64,000 bases of DNA. It comes from Octopus bimaculoides (lineage: Eukaryota). The stretch lies in contig NC_068985.1 in assembly GCF_001194135.2 (NCBI RefSeq), forward strand, positions 31,883,079 to 31,947,078, given 5' to 3'. Numbering within the stretch: the stretch's first letter is position 1; each line of letters opens with the position of its first letter. Both the position numbers and the translations under genes were made by a program. The notes under the pieces are model-generated. The model was not told the DNA's origin. It made no database searches and saw only the letters and a list, made by a program, of their open reading frames with translations. Shown here piece after piece: positions 38,701 through 52,000 of this stretch.

Positions 38701-41700
38701 CAGAGATAGCTGTCTTATTAAGGGACAGAAATAGGTATCTTACTGTAAAGGAGATACCCCAATCAGAGTGAAAGAGAGAGAGAAAGAAAGAAAGCAAGAA
38801 TGAGAGAGCGAGAGTAAAAGAGAATAAGAGTGACGGTGGCAATGTGCCAGAACATACTCTCAAGGCAGAAGAATGAGAATATAAATGGAATGGCAGGGGA
38901 TGGCCCAGGGTCATGATTAAGGAGTTCGCACAAATGTAAGTAGGCTGCAGGAGTGGGGAGGGAGAGATAAGTACAGTGTATGAAGAGATGTAATTTAATT
39001 TATTAAAGTAGGGTGTATGAAAAACGTAATGTTAAATGTGGGGCAGAACAACCAGCAAATTATTGATAATAGTTGTTTATTAACTCCTAAATATCAGTGT
39101 TCTTGTCAATCAAAATATGTCATAATTCCAAGTGTCTCAAAGATTGCTTTCATTACATATACTTTGACTAAAATCTCCCTATAAACATTGAATTCTTAAG
39201 ACTGCTACTATATGAAATGACCTTCCCTCATGTATGTTCTTGCAATACAATTCTTCAGCTCTATATTAACTACAACAATCCCCTTTACATTTCCAATTTA
39301 AAGTTTCCTCTAACAGCTATGGGTAATGGCTACCACACTGAATGCAGCAATAAAGGAAAATAGAAACATGCACTGATGCATTAATAGTTAAACAAGAAAT
39401 CAAGTAAAAAAAATAGCATGTAACAAATATCATTAATACTCACTAAATGAGCAAATCCGGGAGCTTTAATCTTACATCTATAAGGTTTGTTGGACCCATC
39501 TGACACAAGGTAAACTCCAAATTCACCCTATAGAACAAAAGTAATTTTAAAGATGAAATAAATTTCAGATAGCATTATGAAAAAAAATCATCAAACTTTT
39601 TATCTATTGCTTTCATTTATGTTTAGTTACATACCTTTGGTGCTTCCACAGCAGTGTATGTACTACCAGGAGGTACATTATAACCTTCTGTGTATAGCTT
39701 GAAGTGATGGATCAATGATTCCATGGAAGACTGCAAATAATACAATATTTGAAAGAATAACACTCAAATCATGTTCATGTAAGAAACCATTTAACACAGG
39801 AACTAATGTCTAAAAACACAGGTGTTTTTGTTTAAAAAGAAAAATCTAAATTTTTAAAATAAGTGTCACATTAAAAAAGATGTACATATAGGCATGGTTG
39901 CATGGATGTGGAATTTAGTTCATAACTATGTAGTTTTGGCACCATTGTGTGGCACTTTGGGCAAGTGTCTTCTAGTATAGCTTCAAGCTGACCAAAGTTT
40001 TGCAAGTGAATCTGGTACATGGAAGCTGTGTGGAAGCCCATCATTCATTTGTTTTACATCTATTTTCCATGCCAGTATGGGTTGAACTGATATTTATCTG
40101 AAACAGAATTTTACAGCCAGACTCTTCCTGTTGCTAATCCTTGCCCATTTTTCATATGAAGCATTTTCTTTTCATTCCATTAAATTTCCAAAAGGCAGAA
40201 CTATAGGATGTAAACACGACATTGCCATTTTTGCTCAGATGGTCTCATGTGAAGAAGTGAAAATGACAACATCTACATACATACACACAGGAGCAGCAGC
40301 CACCATCACCACCACCTCCACTTCTTAGTGATCATAAGTATCATTTGCATCTGTTTCTACAACATCACACAGAGTACTAGGTGCATTTTCTTGTAGCACC
40401 AACATCACAATACTTCTGTATTCTAAGGCAAGTAGATCAATGAAACAAATAAGAGTTGGAGCAACACACACACACGACTGACTTTCATAGAATTTGTCTA
40501 CCAATTTCACTCACAAAGCTAGGGAAGTCACTGGCCCAAGATGTCATGCACCTGGATTGAACCTGAGAACACCTGGTTGTGATGTGAACTTCATAACCAC
40601 AAAGCCATTCTTGCATCATTCCATCATGTATGTGTATGTGCACATAGATGTTTGCATTCTATATATCTTTGCATGCTACTGCTTAAGCTAATGTCATGTG
40701 TACATTTACTATAAACAATACATCCTGTAGCTCTGTGCTTATGAAGAATAGTCATATAAAATATTCTTTACTTGAAAAACGGTTTAGGTTTGGCAACAGG
40801 AAAGATGCCTAGTCATTAAAAATGCCTCAGTTTGTCTTCATCCAACTCATTTTAGCAATGGAAAAATAGATATAAAAGAAAGGAATGAAGCTCATAAACA
40901 TTTTGACTTTGTTAAGCAGAAACTGTGGTGGTCCACCGTTCATTCATGCATTTTACATCAGTTTTTCCATGCTAGCATGAATCGGACAAATTCATAAACT
41001 CAGATATTTTTTTCACAGCTGGATGTTTTACTCTGTCTCTAAGCCTTACTATTTTTTCAAGCAAGGGATACTTATTCTACTTCAAACATGTAGAACTAGA
41101 GGATGATTTATTAAACAGGGAATGTCAACAAATGTCATGTATTGTGACATTTACACCAGGATGGACTTAGCCATTCCATAAATAAAGATTGATAAAATAA
41201 GTATTAGATTAAGTACAAAAGTTGATATAATCAACTAAAATTGTTGAAGGTGGTATCCCAACAGGGCCACCATCTCGAGAGTGAAACTAGTAGAGTAATA
41301 TGCAGATCAGGCAAAGGAAAATGGTTAAACTGGTATTATGAATTAGCCTACAAGAGGGGGTAAGAAATGAAGATAGACTAAAATTACATGTAACTAGAAT
41401 AATAAGCAACTACTGAGATGCTTAATAAAAACAACTTACTTTCATTTCACTTCTCTTAGGAGGACAAATTTTGTGATCATCTACTTTTATTTCACCTGGA
41501 GGCATTTTGTTTAGACACTGATGAATAATATTCAGACTTTGTCTCATTTCTTCCATTCGGATTAAATACCTGCAGATACATAAAAATAAATTTTACAAAT
41601 CTTATATTTTTGGCACCTGAATTTATTTACAAAACATATCTATCATCATCATCATTTAACATCTATTTTCCATGCTGGTGAGTCATGAGGCTGCTTCAAC

Positions 41701-44700
41701 TCCAGTATCAGCTTTGACATGGTTTTTACAGCTGGATGTCATAATGCCAACAACTTTATAGAGTGTACTGGGTGTTTTTTTCTTTTTGTGATACCAGCAC
41801 TAGTGAAGATACGACATAAGTTTCAAGGCAAGAAAAGAACAAGAAGGAGAAAGTGGGGAAAGGAAAAGGAAAAAGCTTCCTTAACCCTTTCGTTACTATA
41901 TTTCTGACCAAAATACACCCCTCATGAGTTTCAATTAAATTCTAAAATAATCATGAATTTAGACTAGTCTCATTAAGCACCTGTAACTTTTTTATTTATC
42001 AACATATTAATGTGATATTTGGAACATAATTAAATAAAGGGNNNNNNNNNNNNNNNNNNNNNNNNNNNNNNNNNNNNNNNNNNNNNNNNNNNNNNNNNNN
42101 NNNNNNNNNNNNNNNNNNNNNNNNNNNNNNNNNNNNNNNNNNNNNNNNNNNNNNNNNNNNNNNNNNNNNNNNNNNNNNNNNNNNNNNNNNNNNNNNNNNN
42201 NNNNNNNNNNNNNNNNNNNNNNNNNNNNNNNNNNNNNNNNNNNNNNNNNNNNNNNNNNNNNNNNNNNNNNNNNNNNNNNNNNNNNNNNNNNNNNNNNNNN
42301 NNNNNNNNNNNNNNNNNNNNNNNNNNNNNNNNNNNNNNNNNNNNNNNNNNNNNNNNNNNNNNNNNNNNNNNNNNNNNNNNNNNNNNNNNNNNNNNNNNNN
42401 NNNNNNNNNNNNNNNNNNNNNNNNNNNNNNNNNNNNNNNNNNNNNNNNNNNNNNNNNNNNNNNNNNNNNNNNNNNNNNNNNNGACCCTGTTTCCTCAGAA
42501 AAATTGTTAATAAAAATATTTTTAAAATCTTTTTCTGGTGTAAAATCATCTTCGCTGTCGCCGTCGCTGCTTTCAGTTTCGGATACAGAAATATCCGATT
42601 TATTATCGTTCACCAGGTGCTTTTGTAGCTCATTCATTCTTTTCTTCGATATCTCTATATCTTCTGTTGAAAAACCTTCAAATTCGGAATCATTGCTTGA
42701 TAGCATGAAACTCCTCTCCATCTTCAAAGTTGAAAAAAATTAACACCGCAAAAAATGTGGAAAAAAATCTTCCAAAATTCACTGAGTTCAAATATCATGC
42801 CAAACAATGTCGGAGACAATAACTCAACTGTTTGCAAAGTGAAATCAGGTGTTTAACGAATGTACTAACGAAATTTAGGTTCAAATATACATTTAAATAA
42901 CAATGAGTACGGTCAGCTGGCTACGGCCGGGTTAGTCTTATGAACCAAAAAATTTTTCGGCCAGCTACGGCCAGGTTAGTAACGAAAGGGTTAACTAAAT
43001 GGCAAGGTAGCATTTGAGAGGGGGAGGGGTGACAGAGAGGTGGATGATAAATATATCAGAAGATGGACGTATGATGATGATGGCCTGGTGTAGCCATCTG
43101 GTTTCACCAGTCCTCAGTCAAATCGTCCAACCCATGCTAGCATGGAAAGCGGACGTTAAATGATGATGATATATATATATATATATATATCATCATCATC
43201 ATCATCGTTTAACGTCTGCTTTCCATGCTAGCATATATATATATACTTAGGTTTTACTTTTTTTCATGAGTATCAATTTTATCTTCTATGGTAATATAAG
43301 TTAAAAAGGATCACAAGTACATATAACAATATTAGATTTTTTTTCTTTTTTAAATTTTATAAACAGACCTACTGGTTATTACAGGTTTAACCAATGTATC
43401 AATAACTGGTTCACTAAATTATTACCCATGCAATAAGGGACATTAGATTTTTTTTTAAAAACCAGAGAAACACAATGGGACTACAAACTACTTTGTGTCA
43501 CAATGTATTCACAATTGAAGTGAATAATAAAATCATTGAAATGCCTTGATTGTACATTTATATTGAGTTAAAATAGTTCTTTAACCCAAGGTCCTCACTG
43601 TGCAGACCTACAATGAAAGGCATTCAAGCTATGACCATTAATGGTTTCCTCTAGGACTACAGTAACTAATGTGTCCTTTATAAGAATGAAAGCTGAATTT
43701 AAAAGAGATTGGTAGCTATTTTTTCTTTTAGGAAATTAAGTGACCACAAACAGACTTCTACACAAGGATAATTATGACAGTTCTATGTAGCTGATGAAAT
43801 GTCCAGCAAGTCATGGAAGCCTATGTGGGATGTGCTATTGCATACTAGCTATCACATGTGGCCCTGTAACTGGGCTATATACTAAATAAATACAAAATAC
43901 CAGAGAAGATTTTACCTGTCATAGCAATCTCCTTTACGACCAATTGGGATATCAAAGTCTACTTTGTCATAAGCATCATATGGTTGTACTTTACGCAAAT
44001 CCCATTTGATTCCTGATCCACGCAGCATTACTCCACTGAAGATCACAAAAGATTTAGTGATAACAGAAATAACAATTGCATAAAGTAAGAATATATTTAC
44101 GTTATACGCACAAATATACATGAAACTAAAGTAGAATGTATTACTAAATATTTTTCTTGATACTGAAATACTCATATTTGTTATTAAGATACTATAAAGA
44201 GACAGTATATTAAAGCAATTTTGTGAATAAGAAGACAAAAGAAAATCTCAATTTGATTCTGATATACGTACATAAATGTTCACTTGTATCAGTAAATATT
44301 AAAATACTATAAAATTTCAGTACAGGTTTAATGTCACAAAAGCTTAGACTTCTAACTTAAACATCAGAGAGGAAATGCAACATATGAAGTACCATATTCA
44401 GTAATTATTAAATAATTACAATACAAATATATTTATACCTACATTCAAATTTCACACACTTCTCACCAAAATTAACATAAATGCATTAATTTAGAAGGCC
44501 GAAAGTTTGTGGTATTCATTTGTATTTTTTTCTGACATAAGAAAACATTACAGAACTTACCTACAGCCATAATTGAGGGCATCTTCTGCTGATATAATAC
44601 CAATGTCAACTGTTCTAGATTTCCAAATTCTATTTTCTGTCAAAAGAGCATCAACTTCATCAAGCCTCTCTCCAAATTTGCTAATAAAATCAAAGATGTC

Positions 44701-45958
44701 ATCCATCAATCCAAGAGGTAAGTCCTGAAACAGAATACACATCTTGTAGTTAATGAAAATGCAATAAACCTCATAACAGTTTCGATTTCTTTTTTGCTTT
44801 TCTAATTTTGTCTTTTAAATATATGCAAGAATTAAAATATTGAAGGAAAATTTCTACTGCAATGTGTGAATATTATCTATCGATATATATAATCTGTATC
44901 TATCTATCTATATATCTGTCAGTGTGCATACACGACAGATATATATATAGAAAAGTTGGACTTAAGAAGCATCAGATGTGGTATGCAAGAGACAACTGTG
45001 CTGGTATGGTCATGTATTGCGAATGGATGAGGACAGCTGTGTGAAAGTGTCACACCCTAGCAGTTGAGGAACCTGTGAAAGAGGTAGACCCAGGAAGACC
45101 TGGGATGAGGTGGTAAAGCACAACCTTCAAACACTGGGCCTCACCAAGGCAATAACAAGTGACTGAGATTTTCAGAGATATGCTGTGCTTGAGAAGACCC
45201 AGCAAGCCAAGTGAGACCACAACCTGGCATATGCCAGTGCTGTATAAACAGCCCATTTAAGAGTACCCTTCATTCATTGGATAATAAACTATACCTGTGA
45301 AGAGCTGTTGAGGTAAGTGAAATTGTTGTTGTGGCTAATGACAGTACTGCCTGATTGGCACCCGTGCAAGTGGAATGTTAAAAGCACCATTCGAGCGTGG
45401 TCGTTGCCAGTGTTGCTGGACTGGCTCCTGTGCAGTGGCATGTAAAGAGCACCATTTGAGCATGGCCAATGCCAGTACCACCTGACTGGCTCTTGTGCTG
45501 GTGGCACATAAAAACACCCACTACACTCTGGGAATGGTTGGCATTAGGAAGGGCATCCAGCTGTAGAAACTTTGCCAGATCAGATTGGAGCCTGGTGCAG
45601 CCTTCTAGCTTGCCAGCTCTCAGTCTAACCATCCAACACTATGATGTTGACTGGATGTTTGATTTTTATCACTCTCGGTACATGTCCTCAGATTGACAGC
45701 CAAACACTCTGAAATGTTCGTATTGGAGTTTCCAGTGCAAATGCTAAGCAGTACAGCATGCTATTTCCAAATTTCTGGTAGAGTGAATTGCATCATGATG
45801 CTGTTTTTCTCATAGACAGTGTCCAAATGACTCTACTATACTGTGTAGTCGACAAAATCAAAAACAAACAATGCATATGCGTGAAATGTGAAATTAAAAA
45901 TATAAAATGGCGACAATTTACTCATAACACCCTGTATGTATGCAAATATATGTGTGTT

Positions 45959-46030
<72 letters not shown>

Positions 46031-49000
46031 TATATACAGTATACAAATTCAATATTTTAAAAATGTTATTTTATAATCAATCATGAATAAACCTTTTATT
46101 AACATAATGAACAACCCATGCCAGCATAGAACATATCCAATGTTCTATGCTGGCATGGATTCGGGTGGTTTGACATGATCTAATGAATCTAAGGATCACA
46201 TCATGGCTCCAGTGTCTTTTTGGAATGGTTTCTATGGCTGGATGCTCTTCCTAATGCCAACAACTTTACAACAGTGCTTTTTTCATGCTACCAGCACTAA
46301 CAAGGTTGCCATGCAACTTACAAGATTATGAACCCAGAGGATGGAGGTTGACTTTATGCTAGGGGATGAAGAGTTAAAGAGAAGGGAAGAGGAGCAGAGC
46401 AGGTTCTTGTTGTAGAGGAGCTAGATAGCTACTCACATTTAAAAGAGAGGGTAAGAATGATTAGTAAGAACTGCAAAGAGATAAACAGTGGTGATGGTGA
46501 CCAAGCAGGTAGCTAAGTCAATTGACTTTTAATACTGAATGGAATTTGTTAAAGTAAAACTATGTCTTATTTACATTTCTATAATTGTTGGATGATTTAC
46601 CTGTGAAACTCCACCAGGACGGACATAAGCTGCATGCATACGGGCTCCAGAAACACGTTCATAAAATTCCATCATCTATGGGGAAACATAAACTCAATTA
46701 ATAAAGTAGACACAACATATTAAACAAAAGCAACTCAATTGAAAAAAATAAACTCTTTACTAAAACTAATGCTAATTCAATCTTTAGCTAGAGAAAATTA
46801 GTTAATTCTACAGAATCATTTGCATTAGACCTTTAACCCTTTCGTTACTGTATTTGCTTTGAGATGCTCGGTTTCTCTCAATTATTTTAGATAAAACAAA
46901 TAATTTAGTAAAATAACTTAGTTATCATTAAGCTAGTGTTAGGAACATTAATTGTGACTAAGGTTTGGTGGAAGATTTTAATTCAAAACTTATGAAAACA
47001 AGACATTTGTACTACAGAGCCAGCTTCAGCTGGGTTGGTAACGAAAGGGCTAAATTATAAGAGACTAGATTACAAATACCAACTGCACTCCACCTTTATT
47101 GAAAACATAAAAGTTGCAATTGGCGAGTCTGTATATTCACCTATTTTTAGGAGAGACAGGCACAATTCAAGATTTGGATGCTATTTCTAGCAGATCAAGT
47201 GACTGTGCAGAATCCTCCTTGCCTACTTCTGCTAGTGGCCACTTCAAAAATGTAAAAGTATATAGAATTAGACTGGATAGTGGAAAGTGAAATTTGTCAA
47301 AATTGTTACATTGTATTCCATAAGATTAGCCACTGTATATTGGAATGATGGCTTTGTAGATTACACCTAGTTATTCAACTGACTACCTATGAACTAAAAG
47401 TCAGCTTTATGATAATTGGCCTGAAAATACACAATAACCAGTTGCGCTTGTCTTTGTTACTTATAGTTCATACTGTTTTCCTTTCCTTAACATTTAAACC
47501 AGCTAATAATGCTTACAAAATAGGTAACAACAACACTAGTACTTACTTTTTCACGTTCTTCAAAGAGCCAGAAAAAAGGTGTCATAGCACCAATATCCAA
47601 AGCATGGGTACCGACTGCCATAATATGATTGAGTATCCGAGTTATTTCACCAAAAAGGGCTAAAAATCAAATGATAATACTAGAATAGTTAATACATTAC
47701 TTTTGTCTTTTTTTAATGGTTTTTCTCTGAAGGAAGGGGTTATGGGTGTGGCCTTTGCAATCCTATGAGACCAGTGAGAGTGATACAGTTGATGTTTCTC
47801 TTGATGGTTCAAGGAAAAAACATGGGCAAGGAGGCAATTCTAAAGGAGTGATGTTCCAAGGAGGAAGGACTGGGGTGCACAATGTAAGTGACAAAAGGAA
47901 CAAGAGAGACAAATGCATCAATATTTTGAATGGAGGTGACACAAGACCAGATACCTGAGGAGTAAAGGCCACTGAGTAGTAATAGAAGTAGCCATAGAGT
48001 AGCATGTGTATGGGCCAGAGATTGGTGTGTTAGAGAGTGATGTCATGCCAATCAGTTGAGTGGCTATTTTTTTATGCAGTCATGGATGTTAGTAAATGTA
48101 GCAGCAGATCATACCAGATATTGGAACAGTACTCCATTATGGGTCAGATTCATGCATTATATAGGGTTACTGATAGTTGGAAGCTGAAAGATTTCCTAGT
48201 CTTGAAGAGGAAAATCAGGCTTTGGGATGCAGTCTTTGTTATGTTGAGGATGTAAAATCACCAGGAGAAATCCTCAGTGATAGGGATGGCCTAATACTTT
48301 TATAAGGGTTCTAATTGTGTGCTATTCATGTTTGAGGAGTTGAGCACAGTATTGGATTATTGATATATATATTATATATATCATCATCATCATCATCATC
48401 ATCATCGTTTAACGTCCGCNNNNNNNNNNGGAGGGATATATATATATATAATAATTACATCTTCGTACTTTTGAAAGAGTAAAGATTAACATGGCTTCAC
48501 TGAAGTCTGTTCAGGGAATCAATATAGGTTTGGTGTGAGGTGCCTAAGTTTGGTTGATGCTTAGGTGCAGGTTACGGAGGGTGGTATCGTCTGTATAGGG
48601 AATAGTGTTGGAGCTATTGGCAAATAGTTTGTAAAGGAGTGACTGACACAAGCCAGAAAATTCCTCATTTAACGTCCATTTTCCATGTTTGCATGGGTCG
48701 GATGGACTTAACTGAGGCAGATTTTCTATAGCTGGATGTCCTTCCTGTTGCCAAACTTCATCCCAAATTTCAGACCATCTGCCTACAGTATAAAGAATTA
48801 TCATTATTATAGTGGATGACTGCAATAAGTAATGTAAAAGATTAATCTATTTCCACAAGTAACATTATAGGTGACCTTTTATTAACTAAAATATTTTAGG
48901 AAATTATTCCAACCAGTATATCTACTTAGTTATGAATTTACTTACTTCGGATCCATTTTGCTCTTTCTGGAATCTCAATATTTAATAAATTTTCCACAGC

Positions 49001-52000
49001 CAATGAATAACATTGTTCATTGCACATCATTGAAACATAGTCTAAACGATCGAAATAGGGTAAGGCCTACAAGGAAAGAAAATAAAATCAATTAAGTAAA
49101 TAGAATATACAATATGTAAAAGGAAATAATTGTAAAATTTGTTAGAAATTTCTTTCGTTACATTTTTTATTTTATCATGCTATTTACCTGCATATAAGTC
49201 TTGTACTCAATAAGCTTTTCTGTACCCCGGTGTAATAGTCCAATGTGAGGATCAGCACGTTCAATAGTCTAAAAAGAAATACACAGGTTTTTCATATTAG
49301 CAAGAAGTAGCAAAAGTAACAATTTCATACATTGGCAAAAGGTCAGAAATATGGTGAGTCTTAGAGTCAATATCAGTAGGCTAACTAATACTTATTTTAC
49401 TGATCTCTGCAAAGGCAAAATGCAAAGTTGATCCAGAATTTGAACTCATAATGAAAAGGAATACAATTAAATTCTAAAAAGTTATTTTATTCAGCATTCT
49501 ACAAATGTTGTCAACCACCTGCTTTTCCAGACATGCAAATAATTTACATCATATTTTTGTCTTTTTTTACCTTTCTTTTACTTTGATTGAGTTAGATGAT
49601 TTTGTTTGAGTCATGAAGCACAATAATTCCATTGTCACATTTTAATACAAGTGATAACCATGTCAGTCTTCTCATTTCATTCCTTTTTATCTTTTTTTCT
49701 AACAGATATCTAACATTAAATCTTGGACTAACAAATTGATGTTGATAAAAAAATGTGCAAGAATAATAAAGCAGTTACAATTTCATATGAAGAACATATA
49801 TGGTTTATCCTCCAGTGGAGTAGTTCTCAGATGCTTTGGTTAATGAGCAACTCTGAGTTTCAGAGACAGTGGCCATTAAGCTGCAACTGTCTTCATGTTA
49901 TTATGAAAATAGCATGAAGACAGTTTCAACAGCAAGAGATTACCACAGAGTTGTGCATTGGTCACTTTCTGCATCTGAAGGTCATCATGCACATCCAAGT
50001 CCAGCAGCCATGAAGACACTTAGTCATGGATCCAGTGGTCATCCAAGTTTCATAGCTATAAAAGAGTATTATCTCTTCTTGAGGTCTCTGGCGAGGTTGG
50101 AGATCTAAATACTTGTTGTTGCACAGTTTCTACTATTAGCAAAAGAGGTCAAGCATTTATGATCTTGTTTGATAACAAAGTGAACAAGGTGTCTAAGCAT
50201 AAACTAGAGTAAATTAGTTAATAAATTTTGTTCTTTTACATGTATTTCATGTTAAAATAAATGCAATTTGGCTTTCACTCAAGTAACTGTTCTTACAATT
50301 TGCTCGTTCTGCTACAAAGTACTCATGTTAATTAGAAGGAAATGTATTTTTATCAGTGAAACAACTGGAAATACACAGAGTAATAAATAAATATAAGTCT
50401 TAATTTGATTAGTAGTCTGTGGTCAATTGTAAAATGAAAACAAACAAAATATAATATTAGACAGAAACTTACCTCACCGTCCAGTGTAAGTACGAGACGC
50501 AATACACCATGAGCTGCAGGGTGCTGTGGACCAAAGTTCATAGTCACATTTTGAACTTCCTTCTCTTTCACTTCTCCTCGAGCTGCAAAAACAATTTTAT
50601 ACGATTCATGTAACCATTGTATAGTAGTATTCATTATACAGAAATTAGACGAGAAGAAAGTAAAAAAAATTCAACATATATCTAAATATCTCAGAAATAA
50701 CTCTACTATTTTTTGTGGCTGGTGACTTCAATGGGCATGTTGGACAACATGCAGGGGGTTTCCATGGTGTACATGGAGGCTATAGTTTTGGTTCCTGCAA
50801 TGAGGAGGGAACCAGGCTGCTGGAGTTCTGCAATGCATATGATCTTATGGTTTGTGATACTATCTTCAGGAAACCTGCCAGTCACCTATTCACCTACCGA
50901 TCTGGTGGACACACTAGTCAAATTGATTACATCCTTACCAGGAAACGGGAAAGATGGCTACTTATAAGTGCCAAAACCTTCCCATGTGAAGAATGCACGC
51001 CCACAACATAGATTAGTAGTTAGCAACTTCAGAATCAAGGCTAAATGGATGCCCAGAAGATGACCAGCAAGGAGGAGAAGGTTCTGGCAGCTTAAGGATT
51101 CTGCGAATGGACAGAGATTTAGAGATGTATTACTCAAAGTTTTTGATGAAATAGAGGGGGATATAGCATCACATGCTGTGGAAGACAACTGTGCAAAGTC
51201 CCCTCTTGACCCAAGGTAACGTGGTGGTGGAACAATGTATTTGACAGGGCCATTAAGGAAAAGAAACAGGCATGGAAGGACTCAAAGAACGGTGGTAGCA
51301 GGGAATTGTATCAGATTGCCAGAAGGGAAGCTAGGAGACAGATTTACTTAGCAGATAAGAAAAAATTTGCCAATGTTCTGGGTGCATTTTATCATGAGAG
51401 GATGTCTACAATAAGTCCAGTCTACTATGCATCAATATTTTTTTATACAAAATTACCATTCACCTAGATACTGTGGACTTCCAGAGCCCATGGCTTTCCT
51501 GTTCATTCCTTTCCATAACACTTTTTACAGCATGTTAAGTATTTTTCATAAAGATAACAAACTGCATTATTTGCTGCACAGTATATAGTATGACTAACCT
51601 TTATTTATAATTGAATGTTACTTTTAAAACTTATTTCTCATGAGCTGATCGAGTTTTAGATTTACCAAAATTTTTGTTGCAGTCTTTGGATGAGTTATGC
51701 ATAGTCCAGAAATATATGTTGTGGTGAGTAGTGCTAAATTTAAATAGAGTGGAAATTGCTTATTATAAACATGTTATCAAATAGTTATAGTTAAATTTTC
51801 AAATAAACCAATATGCAATCACCATAGAAATCAAAAGAAAACTACATTAGCTATGGAGACATAGTAAGTTTGATAATGGCGGTGACTAGCAACTGTGGTG
51901 ATGGAAAATTATGTTGATACTAGGAGTAGAGATACGAGTGAGTTAAATTGGTTGGTGTGGCTAGCAGTATTCATGTATATGTGTACAAATTCACACACAT

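Noticed and set aside
45380-45520. Short tandem-like repeats (aagcaccattcgagc...)
   Set aside because: A normal part of this RTE family's 3' UTR, not a repeat-spacer array.
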